A DNA stretch of 64,000 nucleotides from Octopus sinensis (GCF_006345805.1 NC_042997.1:106578001-106642000); one strand, 5' to 3'. Shown: positions 47,345 to 60,655, counted from the first letter of the stretch. Notes: generated from the letters alone by a model not told the origin. Numbers and translations: made by a program.

Positions 47345-47778
47345 ATAAGGAGCTAGACCTTACACAACCATAATAGACAAGGAAAAGCTAAGTTGCTTAC
47401 TAATTGATCCATCATGTCCATTTGATTCCAGGGTTATAAAGAAGGAAGATGGAAAAAATACATTCCCTTAAATTTTGAAATTGCAAAAATTTGGAATATG
47501 GAAACTGTAAGGGTTGTGTCTTTAATAATTGGTGCAGTGGGAGGTGTAAGTAAAGATATAGAGAGATGATTGAAAGAGTTTGGAATAAAATGTCCTGTAG
47601 AACTTCTGTAGAAAGTTTGCCCCTTAGGGACAGGAAAGATTATCAGGGGGGTTTTAAGCACTTGAAAGATTATTGGAAGCTTGTGGATACCTAAGGTTAC
47701 AAGTAGTAACCCGCTTCCCACATAAATTCTCCAGAAATAAGAACGAGCTTAGATCAAATTACCACAATTAATAATAAT
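47345..47778 (+). pseudogene. R4/Dong-like non-LTR element 3' fragment (restriction-like endonuclease)
   Basis: IIDKEKLSCLLIDPSCPFDSRVIKKE..IAKIWNMETVRVVSLIIGAVG..LL*KVCPLGTGKIIR; ends in (taa)n. Confidence 0.78.
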
Positions 47779-48200
47779 CCTTTCTGCCACAGGCGTAAGA
47801 CCTGAAATCTCCAAGTAGAGTTTTGCAAGGGTGCGTAGGTGATATGAGTTAATTTACGCAATTTTCCCAACTTACCTCTACCCACTCCATTTGGAATTGT
47901 ACAAAGGGCAGCAAGTTGTTCACCATTCCTTACATTTTTTTTTCTCCAAATTTTCAAATCGTAATATCATATGTGTCGAACATAAAAGATTACAATTATG
48001 AAAAAATTCCGCAAATTCAATATATTAACTCATATCACCTACGCACCCTTGTAAAACTCTACTAAATATTTCAGACTTCCCGTGTCTATAGAAATAATGT
48101 CGACGAGTGTGAATTTTATAGATGTACTTGACATTAAGTCCTATTATATTACATATAATGTTCACAAACACACGCATGTATAATACATACATATATATAT

Positions 48201-48267
<67 letters not shown>

Positions 48268-48290
48268 TATATATACATATATAAAACTTA

Positions 48291-49202
48291 GATAAAACTT
48301 AGATAAAACTTAGATATGTTTCGACCAGAGATTGGTCCAGGCCATGTCTAACTTAATAGCACCACCTGATAGGATTATTCGAATCCTGTTTAAGTCAAGT
48401 TTGTTCAAGTAGTGAGTTCTTGTTGGGTGAGTTGTATCCAATTATGGGTGGCTTATCTGGTATTCTTTGAAGGAATCTATCCAGACTCTGTTTAAAGTTG
48501 ATGGATCCTTTTCCTCTTTGATCTCCCTCGGGACAATGTTAAATAGGGCAGGGCCTGTTGAGGAAAAGAAATTATGTTGCAGTGTACATGTATGTTGTGA
48601 TCTTGAATTTGGCAGGGGACGTATAGCCCGTGGTCCAGTCTTGGATGGACCTTGAAGCTAATGTTTAGGTCGTTTGGGCAAAGTTGGCGGTATATTTTCC
48701 ACATCGTACAAATGATGTACCGCTCACGGCGACGCTGGAGGGAGTAAAGTTTCAAGGTTTTAAGGCGATCCCAATAATCGAGAGCAGCCATGCCTTCAAT
48801 TTGTTTAGTGAGAGCCCTCTGGGGTGACTCAATTCTGGAGATGTTTTGTCTTGTGTGAGGAGACCACAGTGGGCAGCAGTATTCAGGTGTGGCCGTACAA
48901 AGGAGGAAAAAAGTGTATGATGACACCTTGTTCTCTGGACCGGAAAGTTCTTAAGATCCAGGAACTCATCCTACGAGCTATATCAACCTTCTTGTTGATG
49001 TGTGCACTCCACTGAGATCGTCATCAACAATTACACCCAGGTCTCTGATATTGTTAGTGTGAGCGGTTCCCCTGAAGGAAGAGAGTATGGTTGTTTTAGT
49101 GAGGAATTTCTTCCAAAATGCATCAGCTCGAATTTTCCCTCATTCAGTTGCATTTTGTTTCTGTCTGCCCATTGACTCACAGCATATAGATCAGACTGGA
49201 TC
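48291..49202 (-). mobile_element. CR1-like LINE 3' fragment with (tctaagtttta)n tail
   Basis: EYCCPLWSPH, LKLYSLQRRRERY; 3' UTR caggtggtgctattaagttagac shared with the 52-56 kb copies. Confidence 0.9.
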
Positions 49203-49294
49203 TATATATATATATATACATATATATACATATATATATACAATATATATATATATATATTATATATATAGATATATATATATATATATAATAA

Positions 49295-49340
<46 letters not shown>

Positions 49341-49344
49341 TACC

Positions 49345-49378
<34 letters not shown>

Positions 49379-49392
49379 ATATTACACACACA

Positions 49393-49427
<35 letters not shown>

Positions 49428-49428
49428 C

Positions 49429-50110
49429 ACAAAAATTCTATAATTATGAGTATAATTATAATTAGGGTTCAGTAAAATTTGCTTCACCGCATACCGAAAT
49501 TTAGAAATAGCAGTTAGACTACTATTCTACTACCATAAGATATCTCACAGAGAGCAACAACTCACGCAGGAAAAGAGAAAAAAATAACGAATCTCTCCCT
49601 GATAGTAAACTGCAGTTTCTGCGGAATTTTACTCGTTGGCACACGTGGGTGAGTGAGGAGAAATACGAGATCTCATTCGTCTGTTTGAATTCGGAAGTAC
49701 TGGCCTTTGGATATATGCTGTTTGATGTCGCTTGGTCAAATACGTATGTTAGTTATCAGTGCTCTCAAATCTAAAATTTGAAATACTGTACTGATGGAGA
49801 GAATGAGTGAGTAGAAATATGATTTTACATCTCTTTAACCCCGAAACGCGTATACAGTTAATCAAAGCCAGATTCGTTATTTTTTCTCTTTATCTGCGTG
49901 AGTTGTAGAGTATTGCTGTCTGGGAGATATCTTATGGTAGTAGAATAGTAGTTTAACTGTTATTTCTAAATTTCGGTATGTAGTGAAGCAAATTTTGCTG
50001 AACCCTAATTATAATTATACTCATAATTATAGAATTTTTGTTTAAGTTTACAGATAATGGTTCTTTTAACATACCGAACTACTTGGTAAAATTATTAATT
50101 ATTAATTAAT
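49429..50110. mobile_element. Penelope-like inverted pseudo-LTR pair (family P1)
   Basis: Inverted arms 49429-49594 and 49870-50041; hammerhead-like motif in the spacer; homologous to 10090-10375. Confidence 0.65.
49785..49858 (+). ncRNA. Degenerate minimal type I hammerhead (PLE-type)
   Basis: actgta-CTGATGG..GAAACGCGTA-tacagt: 6-bp stem I, palindromic ACGCGT stem III; A9 and stem II degenerate. Confidence 0.45.
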
Positions 50111-50154
50111 TAATTAATTTTACCCTTTATTATTATTATTGATAATATATATAT

Positions 50155-50810
50155 ATAACAAAACGAGAAAGAGAAAATGGAATCCACGAGGTACTTTATT
50201 GATAACAACGATCGTTTCCACCCATCTTGCATCGATCTCTCGCAGGTGAGATCCTGGACAATTCGTGTGGGGTATCCGTCGATGTAGATGTGTCTCCTCA
50301 GGTGGCTTTTCAAAAGGTCCCTTGCTCAATAAACTCGGTTTCACTGGGTTCGATTACAATGCATTTCGTTATTTTCCTGTAGCTGGCTGCATACGGGTTT
50401 CGTGGTTTGGAATGACACGAAATGGATACATTTCATTTCTTATTATACAGGTAATGGTAATTGTGATTTATTTACGATCAACTATATGCAGGTCTGTTAC
50501 TTATATATATATATATATAAAAAAAGAACTGTATCCATTCCATGTCATTCGAAACCACGAAACTCCGTATGCAACTAGCTACAGGGGAATATCAACATGC
50601 ATTATAATTGAACCAAGCAAAACCGAGTTTATTGAGCGAGGGACTTTTGTGAAAAGTCACCTGACACGATACATCTGCATCGATGGATGACCCACAGCCA
50701 GTTGTCCAGAATCTCACCCGCAAGAGGACGATGAAAGATGGGTCGAAACGATCGTTGTGATCAATAAAGTATCTCGTGAATTCCATTCTGTTCTCGCTTT
50801 TGTCATATAT
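50155..50810. mobile_element. Penelope-like inverted pseudo-LTR pair (family P3), diverged arms
   Basis: Arms about 50155-50435 and 50525-50810 are imperfect reverse complements; each has a hammerhead-like motif plus AATAAA. Confidence 0.68.
50656..50761 (+). ncRNA. Type I hammerhead remnant with extended stem II (mirror copy at 50202-50306 minus)
   Basis: gtcac-CTGA..long stem II..gtc-GAAACGATCGT-T-gtgat; the minus copy retains CTGAGGA; palindromic ACGATCGT stem III. Confidence 0.5.
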
Positions 50811-50964
50811 TTAACGGTCACTGAGGAAATCCTGAAGTAAATCCATTGGCATTTATGTCCATAATGTTGATGACATCAGGTAGTCACAGACAGCGAATGT
50901 GCTTTGACATACTACCAGGTGTATATACCAAGTCTAAAATAAGTGTGTGTGGTGTGTGGTGTGT

Positions 50965-51002
<38 letters not shown>

Positions 51003-51019
51003 ATGTATATATATATATA

Positions 51020-51054
<35 letters not shown>

Positions 51055-51594
51055 CTATATATCACAGCATATTTAATATCTAGCGGACTCGAAGGTAAAT
51101 GTGGTAATAATCATTTTTATCATAAGAAAAAGAATATCTTCTTAGTAGATGTGTCTATGTAAATTATGACATTTTTATGAATACCAATGAAATTCTATAT
51201 ACTTATATAGTTTTTTTCCCCACACTTAAACACATGACAGAAATATTTTTTAAGCTTGTCTCGTTTGATTTCTTTCAACATCAGAAGCGACCTACTTATA
51301 GTTTCTATTAAGACAGAATAAACATACACGCGCGCGTGCGTGCACCTATATACTTTCCATCTTTTTCTTGCTTCAGTCATTGGATTGCAGTCATGCGGGG
51401 GCACCGCCTTGAAGACTTTCAGTCGAATGAATCGACCGCAGTACATTTTGTTTTCTTTTCCAATTAAACCTGGTACTTATTCTCTCGGTCTCTTTTGCTT
51501 CACTGCTAAGCTACGGGGACGTAAACTCACCAACACCGGTGGGGAACAAACACAGATACAAAGATGCTCGCGCGCGTGCACACGCATGCATATA

Positions 51595-51615
51595 TATATA
51601 TTATAATATATATAT

Positions 51616-51661
<46 letters not shown>

Positions 51662-51730
51662 ATATATATAATATAATATATATATATATATATATATAAT
51701 ATTATATATATTAATATATCTATAAGATAT

Positions 51731-51780
<50 letters not shown>

Positions 51781-51824
51781 TATATATATAAGATATTATC
51801 TATATATATATAATATATATATAT

Positions 51825-51859
<35 letters not shown>

Positions 51860-51887
51860 ATAATATATATATATATATATATATATA

Positions 51888-51926
<39 letters not shown>

Positions 51927-51991
51927 ATATATAATATATATATAATATATATATATAATATATATATATAATATATATTATATATATATAT

Positions 51992-52029
<38 letters not shown>

Positions 52030-52052
52030 TATATCATATATATATATATATA
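51595..52052. repeat. Imperfect (TA)n block; similar blocks at 46837-46965, 49203-49427, 53722-54085, 55995-56224, 56987-57388
   Basis: Direct inspection. Confidence 0.97.
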
Positions 52053-52053
52053 T

Positions 52054-53727
52054 TTGGCGCTCTGATGTCTTAGCAGCAATAAAGGAAATGAAGCATAATT
52101 CAGCAGTAGGTCCCGATAGGTTCCCTGCTTGTGTCTTGAAGATGTGTCAAAACCAACTTGCACCCCCTCTAGCCAATCTGTGGCGGAACTAATTGGATGC
52201 TGGATATATACCAGAAGACCTTCTATCCCAGTCTGTTGTCCCAGTTTTCAAAAAAGGAAAACAAATCGCTGCCGTGAATTACCGTCCAATCTCACTCACC
52301 TCTCATATCATCAAGGTATTTGAGAGGGTGCTGAGATGCGCGTATGACTCACTTCCTTGAGAGTCATAATATGCTGAAACCCCAACCAGCATGGATTCCG
52401 TAATGGGAGAGATTGCCTGACGCAGCTAATGCATCATTTTGATGACATTTTGAGAGCCTTGGGAGAGGTTCCAACACTGATGTCATCTACCTTGATTTCA
52501 GCAAGGCCTTTGACAGGGTTGATCATAAGATCCTTCTGAGAAAGAAAGCTGTCCAATATTGGTGTCACTGGAAAGCGCTGCAATGGATCAAGTGCTTCCT
52601 CTCATAACAGAACCCAACATGTTGTAGTCGAAGGGAGTCAAATCCAGCCCAGCCAAAGTCAGCAGTGGTGTCCCACAGGCACTGTGTTGGGCCCACTTCT
52701 CTTCATCATCTACATAAATGATATTACTGACACCATCAAAAACACAGCAACATCAGAACCTTCGCTGATGATTCCAAGCTCCAGAAGGTCATCAATGGCG
52801 TGGATGACCGAATAAACCTTCAGTACCGACCTACTGGTGTTGTCCAATGGGCGGAAAAGAATAACATGTTGCTAATGAAGACAAATTCAAATGATCCATT
52901 GGAAGGGAGGACGCCTCTGAAACTCCTATACTCTCTTCCTTCTGGAGAATTCTCATGGCATCCAACAACATCAGAGACTGGGGTAACAGTGGACAACAAC
53001 ATAAGCTGGGCTACACATATTAAGCAGCAAAGTTGACATGGCCGCAGAATGTGTTCCTGGATTCTCAGAACCTTCAGTCGAGAGATTCCCACGCTATTAT
53101 CCTTCTCTTTCCACTTTTGCCCGACCCCACCTTGAATACTGCTGTCCACTGTGGTCTCCCTACACAAAACAAAATATTAGAGAATTGAAGCTCCCCAAAG
53201 GTCAATCACAAAAAAAGATAGAGCATGTCAGACCTTGACTACTGGGGTAGACTAGAGAAGCTGAAATTGTATTCACTCCAACGACGCCGTGAACGCTACA
53301 TTATCTGTATGATGTGGAAAATTATTCCATCAGCACTGTCCGAATGATGTTGGCATCACCTTCACAAATGCATCCAAGGCTTGGACCACGTGCCATCCGT
53401 CCACAACAAAAATCTAAATCGCATCACATAACGACAATACGGCACAAACTATTTCACCTCAATTGGACCCGCTCTCTTCAAACTTACACCAGGAACGTCA
53501 AAAAAGAAAACTGACCACCAAAAATTCAAGAAGTCTTTGGACAAATTCCTTCAAACAGTACCGCAAACCACACCCACACCCGGATATGTCTCCGCAAACC
53601 AATAACTCTCTGCTCGAATGGGCCTTGGTGCCCAAATCTGAACTGAAAGACTTCGCCAGGTGGTGCTATTAAGTTAGACAGGCCTGGGCCATACTGGCCA
53701 AAAACCTTTCTAAGTTATTCTAAGTTA
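52054..53727 (+). mobile_element. CR1-like LINE, RT through 3' end, frameshift-riddled
   Basis: SAVGPDRFP, QHGFRNGRDC, IYLDFSKAFDRVDH, GPLLFIIYIND, FADDSK, EYCCPLWSP. Confidence 0.92.
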
Positions 53728-53887
53728 TATATATATATATATATATAATATTAATATATATATTATATATTACTATATATAAAGATATATATCTATATAT
53801 AATATAATATATAAATTATATATAATATATATAATATATATATTATATATATATATAGATATAATATATAATATATATATAATATAT

Positions 53888-53929
<42 letters not shown>

Positions 53930-54044
53930 TATAATATATATAAATATATAATATATATATAATATATATATAAATATATATATATAATATATATATATAA
54001 TATATATATATTATATATATAATATAGATATATATAATATATAT

Positions 54045-54076
<32 letters not shown>

Positions 54077-54085
54077 ATATATATA

Positions 54086-55992
54086 CTTTGATAGGTTTCG
54101 GCCATTATTGGCCCAGGCCATGTCTAACTTAATAGCACCACCTGGGTGAAGTCTTTCAAGTCAGAATTTGGGCACTATGGCCCACTCAAGTAGAGAGTTA
54201 TTGTTTACAGAGACATATCAGGGTTGTAGGGGGTTTATCCGGATTTCTTGAAGGACTCTGTCCAAAGACTTCTTGAACCCTATAGGGTCAGTTCTGTTTT
54301 AATGTGTTTTGGTGTAATGTTAAGAGAGCGGGACCAATTGAGTGAAATAATTTTGCCGTATTGTTGTTATGAGATGAGAGTGCGATTTTGTTTTGGGGCG
54401 GATGGACACGGGGCCCAAGCCTGGATGTACCTAAAGGTGATGCCAACATCATTTGGGCAATGCTGATGGAATATTTTCCACATCATGCAGATGATGTAGC
54501 GCTCACGACGAAGTTGGAGAGAATAGAGTTTAGCTTTTCTATCGACCCCAATAGTCGAGGCCTGTCATGCCATCTATCGTTTTTTGTGATTGCCCTTTGA
54601 GGTGCTTCAACTTGTATGATACCTTGTATTGTGTGGGGAGACCACAGTGGAAACAGTATTCAAGGTGGGGTCGGGCAAAAGTGGAGAAGAGAAGGATAAT
54701 GGTGTGGATATCTCTCGACTGGAAAGTTCTGAGAATCCAGGAACACATTCTGCGGCCATGTCAACTTTGTTGTTTATATGATGGCCCAGCTTACGTTGTT
54801 GTCCACAATTACTCCAAGTCTCTGATGTTGTTGGACGCCGCGAGAGTTTCACCTGAAGGAAGGGAGTATGGGAGTTTCAGGGCATCCTCTTTTCCAAAGT
54901 GGATTAGCTCAATTTATCCTCGTTCAGCAGCATATTGTTTTTTTCTGCCCATTGGATAACAGCAAGTAGATTGACTGAAGGCATGTCCGGTTCACTCGCC
55001 TCATTTATGACCTTCTGTAGCTTGGAGTCATCTGCAAAGATTTTTATGTTGCTGTGCTTGATGATGTCATTAAGTCATTAATGTAAATGATGAAAAGAAG
55101 TGGGGGCCAGCACAGTGCCTTGCGGAACGCCACTACTGACTTTGGCTGGGCTTGATTTTACCCCTTCAACTACAACATGTTGAGATCTGTCTGTCAGGAA
55201 CCACTTAATCCATTTCAGTAACTTTCCAGAGACACCAATGTTGGATAGTTTTTTCAATAGGATCTTGTGATCCACCCTGTCGAAGGCCTTACTGAAATCA
55301 AGGTAGATGACATCGGTGTTGGAGCCCTCTCCCCAAAGCTCTCAAAATGTCCTCAAAGTGATGCAGGAGCTGCGTTAGGCAGTCCCTTCCATTACGGAAC
55401 CCATGTTGGTTGGGAAGATCAGCCGTCTTGTTGCTTTCCAGAAATTGGGTTATTCGAGATCTCACCACCTCTCAAATACCTTGATGATATGAGAGGTGAG
55501 TGAGATCGGACGCGTAATTCACTGCAAGGGACTTGTTTCCCTTTTAAAACTGGGACAACAGACTGGGACAGAAGGTTTTTGGAATATAGCCAGCATCCAG
55601 TGAGTTTCTCCACAGATTAGCAAGGGGAGATGCAAGTTGGTGTCGACACACCTTCAGGACACAAGCAGGGACCTATCGGGGCCTACTGCTGAATTGTGTT
55701 TATTTCGTTTATCGCCGCTAAGACATCAGGGGCACTAAACGTTATGTCCGATATAGTGTGTGGGGGGTTGTTTGACATCATGACCAGCCCAGATCGGCCA
55801 TATCAGGATTGCTGAAAACAGAGCAGTATTGTTTCTGCAGTATCTCGGCCATGGATTTGGCATTATCTTGGAGAGTGCCAGTTTCGTCAATTAGAGGGCC
55901 TACAGTGGAGACAGTGACCCTGCGTTTCCTCGCAAATGAAAAGAACACTTTGGGGTTGAGTTTGATTTTTCAATGGCCCACTTCTCCTCAGC
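54086..55992 (-). mobile_element. CR1-like LINE of the same family, opposite orientation
   Basis: DHKILLKKLSNIGVSGKLLKWIKWFL..SGVPQGTVL; same 3' UTR. Confidence 0.92.
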
Positions 55993-56012
55993 TGATCTTG
56001 GTGTATATATTT

Positions 56013-56153
<141 letters not shown>

Positions 56154-56282
56154 TTATATATATATATATTATATATATATATATATAATATATATAATAT
56201 AATATATATATCTATAATATATATACTCTTTTACTCTTTAACTTGTTTCAGCCATCCGGCTGAGGCCATGCTGGGGCACCCG

Positions 56283-56985
56283 CCCTGTTGCTACCCTCTC
56301 TAGTCCAGTTTGCCGTGGCTGGCCACTGATCTAGAGAGAGTTTGTAGCTGCTGCCCTTAGGTTACCTTCGTACCTTGCAGTGGGTTCATCTGGGATCCCG
56401 GAAAGCAGCTTGTCTAGATGTTTTTTGAAAATATCCACATCCGCATCATGTAGATCTCTTAGTTTTCTTGGCAGTTTGTTGAAAAGCTGAGGGCCCTGAA
56501 CCCCAGGCTATTACAGTATCTGCTCCTTACCCTGGATGTGGAAGACGGGACCTTTGGCACCACACAGTGACGTCCTGTACGGGGATTGGAACAGCTCTCA
56601 ATTCCAAAATTTGGTGCTAGTCCCTCCAGGATTTTCCATATGTATATCACTGCATATCTCTCTCGTCTTCGTTCCAAGGAGTACAAATGAGTTCCCTAAG
56701 CCTCTCCCAATAGTTCTTTTCTTTCATGGTGGAATCCTCTGTGTGTGAAATGTCTTTGGATTGTCTCAACTCTGTGGTTAGTTTGACACTATGCGGTGAC
56801 CACAGTTGGGAGCAGTAGTCCAGGCGGCTTAGGACAAATGTCCTCCATATTGTCAACATGGTCTCGCAGTCTCTTGTCCGGAATGTCCTCAGGATCCAGC
56901 CAGTGAGTCGTCTGCACATTGTCGCCACCTTCGCGATGTGTGAAGAAAAAGATGCATCGTCACTCATGTCTATCCCCAGGTCCCG
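56283..56985 (-). mobile_element. CR1-like LINE 3' fragment, different subfamily
   Basis: LDYCSQLWSP, YSLERRRERYAVIYIWKILEGLAPN. Confidence 0.88.
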
Positions 56986-57003
56986 TATAATAATATATAT
57001 AAT

Positions 57004-57058
<55 letters not shown>

Positions 57059-57100
57059 TAAATATATATATAATATATATATTATTATATATAATATATC

Positions 57101-57131
<31 letters not shown>

Positions 57132-57282
57132 TTATATAATATATATATATCATATAATATATATATAATATATATATAATATATATATATATAATATATT
57201 AAATAATATATATATATAATATATAATAATATAATTATAATATATATATATATAATATATATATAATATAATATATATTAAT

Positions 57283-57324
<42 letters not shown>

Positions 57325-57555
57325 TTATATATATTATATATATATATTATATATATATATATATTATATATATATATATATATATATTACAAAAGGCTTC
57401 TTTCAGGTTCCATCTACTAAATCCATTCACAAGGCTTCAGTGGGCCAATGACTATAATAGTATAAAGACTCTTGCCCAAGGTGTCACGCAATGCGACTGA
57501 ACCCGGAATCAGGTAATTGGGAAGCAAGTTTCTTACTACACAGTGAAATCTGCGC

Positions 57556-57599
<44 letters not shown>

Positions 57600-57603
57600 C
57601 TAT

Positions 57604-57645
<42 letters not shown>

Positions 57646-57647
<2 letters not shown>

Positions 57648-58715
57648 TAGCTGGTGTACTCGGTAATTCCCGGGGGTAAAGATGTTCTATTGAAACGCCT
57701 TATTAATCTGATATAAGAAGGCCATTTCCTTATAACTACCACAAAAAGTGTATTTTCCGTCACGAAAAAGTCCAAGAAAACTGTCAGCTGGAGGAGAGAA
57801 AGATTATCGGAAGTTGGTGAGAGAGGTTGTTGGAGGTTGGCGAGAGACAAAGACATTATTCTGCTTAGCGAATGCATCTGCGAAATGTATAACTGCTGTC
57901 ATTCACAGAAAAAACTATTGTTTTATCGCGAGAAAAGCGCTGTTGAAGTGTTAAGTGAAAATTGGCAATCGAGGATCAAATCCACGCTATGCCTGCATGA
58001 AGCCACTACAAATATGTTGAGGAATAAAAAATTTATCAGCTGTCATGGAAAAAGTGTAACTGTAAAAATGCAGTAATGGGCATTCCGAAAAGTATGTTTG
58101 TATAGAAATGTATGTATGAAGTCTTTAATGTTTAAGAATCGAATTAAGGAGGTGCAATAATAATGTTTAGCAGTTAAGAAATGTGATTAGTGAATTGCAG
58201 AATTAGGTCGGCTGATCGTGAGAATCAAATATTGATCGCTTCGCTAAAATCTGCAGGTGGTATGGGTTATTTCCTTTGGTTAGTTTAAATAAATATTAGT
58301 AATATGTAGTAGATAGAAGGATCCATTGGAAGGACCCTATTATCGATTTTTTTCCAACAATTTAAGTATGTCACGAGGTTTCAAGACATGGGTTCTATTC
58401 ATGTGTTCAATAAAGTATAAAAGTGATATTGTCTGCAAAAATTAGAAATAGGACATACAAAAGATCAATATTCAAAGTAATCGAACAATGAAATGGGTTA
58501 TTTCCCTTGAGTGTTTAAAAAATAGTTATATGAGGTAGATATGAAGGTCCCTTCCAGTGGCCATATTATCGATTTTTTCAACAATCTATGTCACGAGGTT
58601 TCCAGACATGAGTTGTACTCACGTGTCAAGTTTCATCAAAATCAATGAAACGATGTAGGAAGAATTAGCTAACAACGCCACAAACAAACACACACTGATT
58701 TTCAACATATGTAGT
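57646..58715 (+). mobile_element. Helentron-associated (HINE/DINE-like) element with internal tandem duplication
   Basis: Start tactagctggtgtactcggtaattcccggg; end gtgtcaagtttcatcaaaatc..acaaacaaacacacactgattttcaacatatgtag; 58310-58410 repeated at about 58540-58630. Confidence 0.65.
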
Positions 58716-59184
58716 GTGTGTGTGTGTGCTCCATTCCCCGACCAGACGATGTGTTGGTTTCTCGAAGAAAATATTTCATTTCATGTTCCTTTGCGATCAT
58801 TTCGACATCTGACGCGTGGCAAATTTATGCATTTGTACAGGCAATATCGATTTGATGGAGAGATGAAGCTGATGTGAACACTAACATTTGATCACTATAA
58901 ACGAAGCATCTGTGTGGTTGTTCAGCAAGAAATTGCGGAACTCTCATCCGTCATTTAACGACGGGAGACTCCGTAATACATACACACATCTCTCTCTGTC
59001 CCCTACCTCTCTCTTTCTTATGTGGTGAGCATCGCAATTCACTCACTCAGCTAGTTTTGAGCTGCTGGAAAGACTTAACTGTGGCTGATTTTCTTTTTCT
59101 TTATGAGCGCCATGAATCTCTCTGTTGTAGATGGCGTAAGTGATGTAAGATCTGATGATTTTGTTAGTCACCATAGTAATTAAT

Positions 59185-59295
59185 ACTTAAACATACATAC
59201 ATACATACATACATACATTCATACATACATACAGACAGACAGACAGACAGACAGACAGGTAAGTAAGTAGGTAGGTAGGTAGGTGGGTAGGTAGG

Positions 59296-59384
<89 letters not shown>

Positions 59385-59405
59385 GGATAGATAGATGGAT
59401 AAAAG
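59185..59405. repeat. Compound tetranucleotide microsatellite (ACAT)n(AGAC)n(AGGT)n(AGAT)n
   Basis: Direct inspection. Confidence 0.95.
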
Positions 59406-59489
59406 GATGGGTGCAGGCGAGGCCGTGGTGAGAAGCTTGCAAGTAAGAAACATGGCTCCGGATTCAGTCAACTGTAGCTTTGGAGAAGG

Positions 59490-59712
59490 TTAATATTGGT
59501 TTCAAATTTTGGCATAAAGCCAGCAAGTTCGGGGCCGGGTAAGTCGATTACATCGACCCCAGGCCTCAAGTGGTACTTATTTTATCGTCCCCGAAAGAGT
59601 GGAAGGCAAAGTCAACCTCAGCAGCATTTGAACTCAGAACGTAAAAACGAACGAAATATCGCCAAGTATTTCGCCCGGTATGCAAACGATTGAGCCTGTT
59701 TGCCGCCTTAAG
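59490..59712 (-). mobile_element. SINE family B
   Basis: ggtacttattttatcgtccc..ggaaggcaaagtcaacctc..atttgaactcagaacgta. Confidence 0.8.
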
Positions 59713-60049
59713 GAGGAGGTTGATATTAATAACGAAATTTGAAGCAAAGGTTGTCGTCTGAACAAAGAAAATTAATTTGGCAGCAAAAGTGCATGAAGTA
59801 CCGTTCAGACACCTTTGTTTGAACTCTCAACAACAAAGATCAACTTTGCTTTCATCTTTCTGGGAACGATGAAATAAAATACTAGTTCAGGGATAAATGT
59901 TATCGACTAAACTCCTCTTAAAATCGCTGGTCACGAGCTTAAATCAAAAGTCAGTATATCTGGAGATGAGCGACGACGAGAAAAGTAAAAGCAAGCTTGA
60001 AAGAAGTTTTTGAAGAGGTGATGTTTATGGCCTGCAGCAAATTAGGAAG

Positions 60050-60655
60050 GATTAAATGGACTGGAAAACAAGTGGGCATATCAACAATATAATCATGGTA
60101 GATCCATGTCGACATAGCAGCTACTCGGAGATTGCCGGATTCTTGAACGTATCCCGATCCTTTGTGTTCAAAGTTGGGAGAGAATCAAATGCCCCTGGTA
60201 AAGATGTGTCAACTGAATTTTTTCAGAGGTCAAATGTCATCAGGGCGAGCAAAGTGGTCCAGCAGGTTCAGGACATCATCACCGATAATTCCAGTGGGTC
60301 GATGGAGACTATCGCTGAGCAGCTCGAGGTAAGGTAGTCCACGAGGACATCAGGTATGCCCTACGAGGTAAGAAGAGAACAGCTTATGTCCTGAAAAACT
60401 CCGGGGGGGGGGGATGCATAATCTTGATTCACACCAACACCATGTGGCGTTCTGACACTCTAGATATGAATTACATCGACTGTTGCATTTGAGGCATCGG
60501 CAATGTGGAAACCGACCGGTGCCCGTGCGGTGTCAAGAACACGTTGGGGCCGGTCGCAGTGGTAGTGAAATAGGCGTGGAATAGGATCCTGGCATCTAGT
60601 CGTTTACGTGGCCGCATCGAGGCTGTTAGCTTAACTGAGCACAGTTTAGTTGAAA
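60050..60655 (+). pseudogene. Deleted DD37D mariner transposase remnant
   Basis: SYSEIAGFLNVSRSFVFKV..VQQVQDII; terminal RGRIEAV. Confidence 0.7.

Noticed and set aside
47152-47373. Poly-Asp/Asn ORF
   Set aside because: Translation of the (GAT)n/(AAT)n microsatellite.
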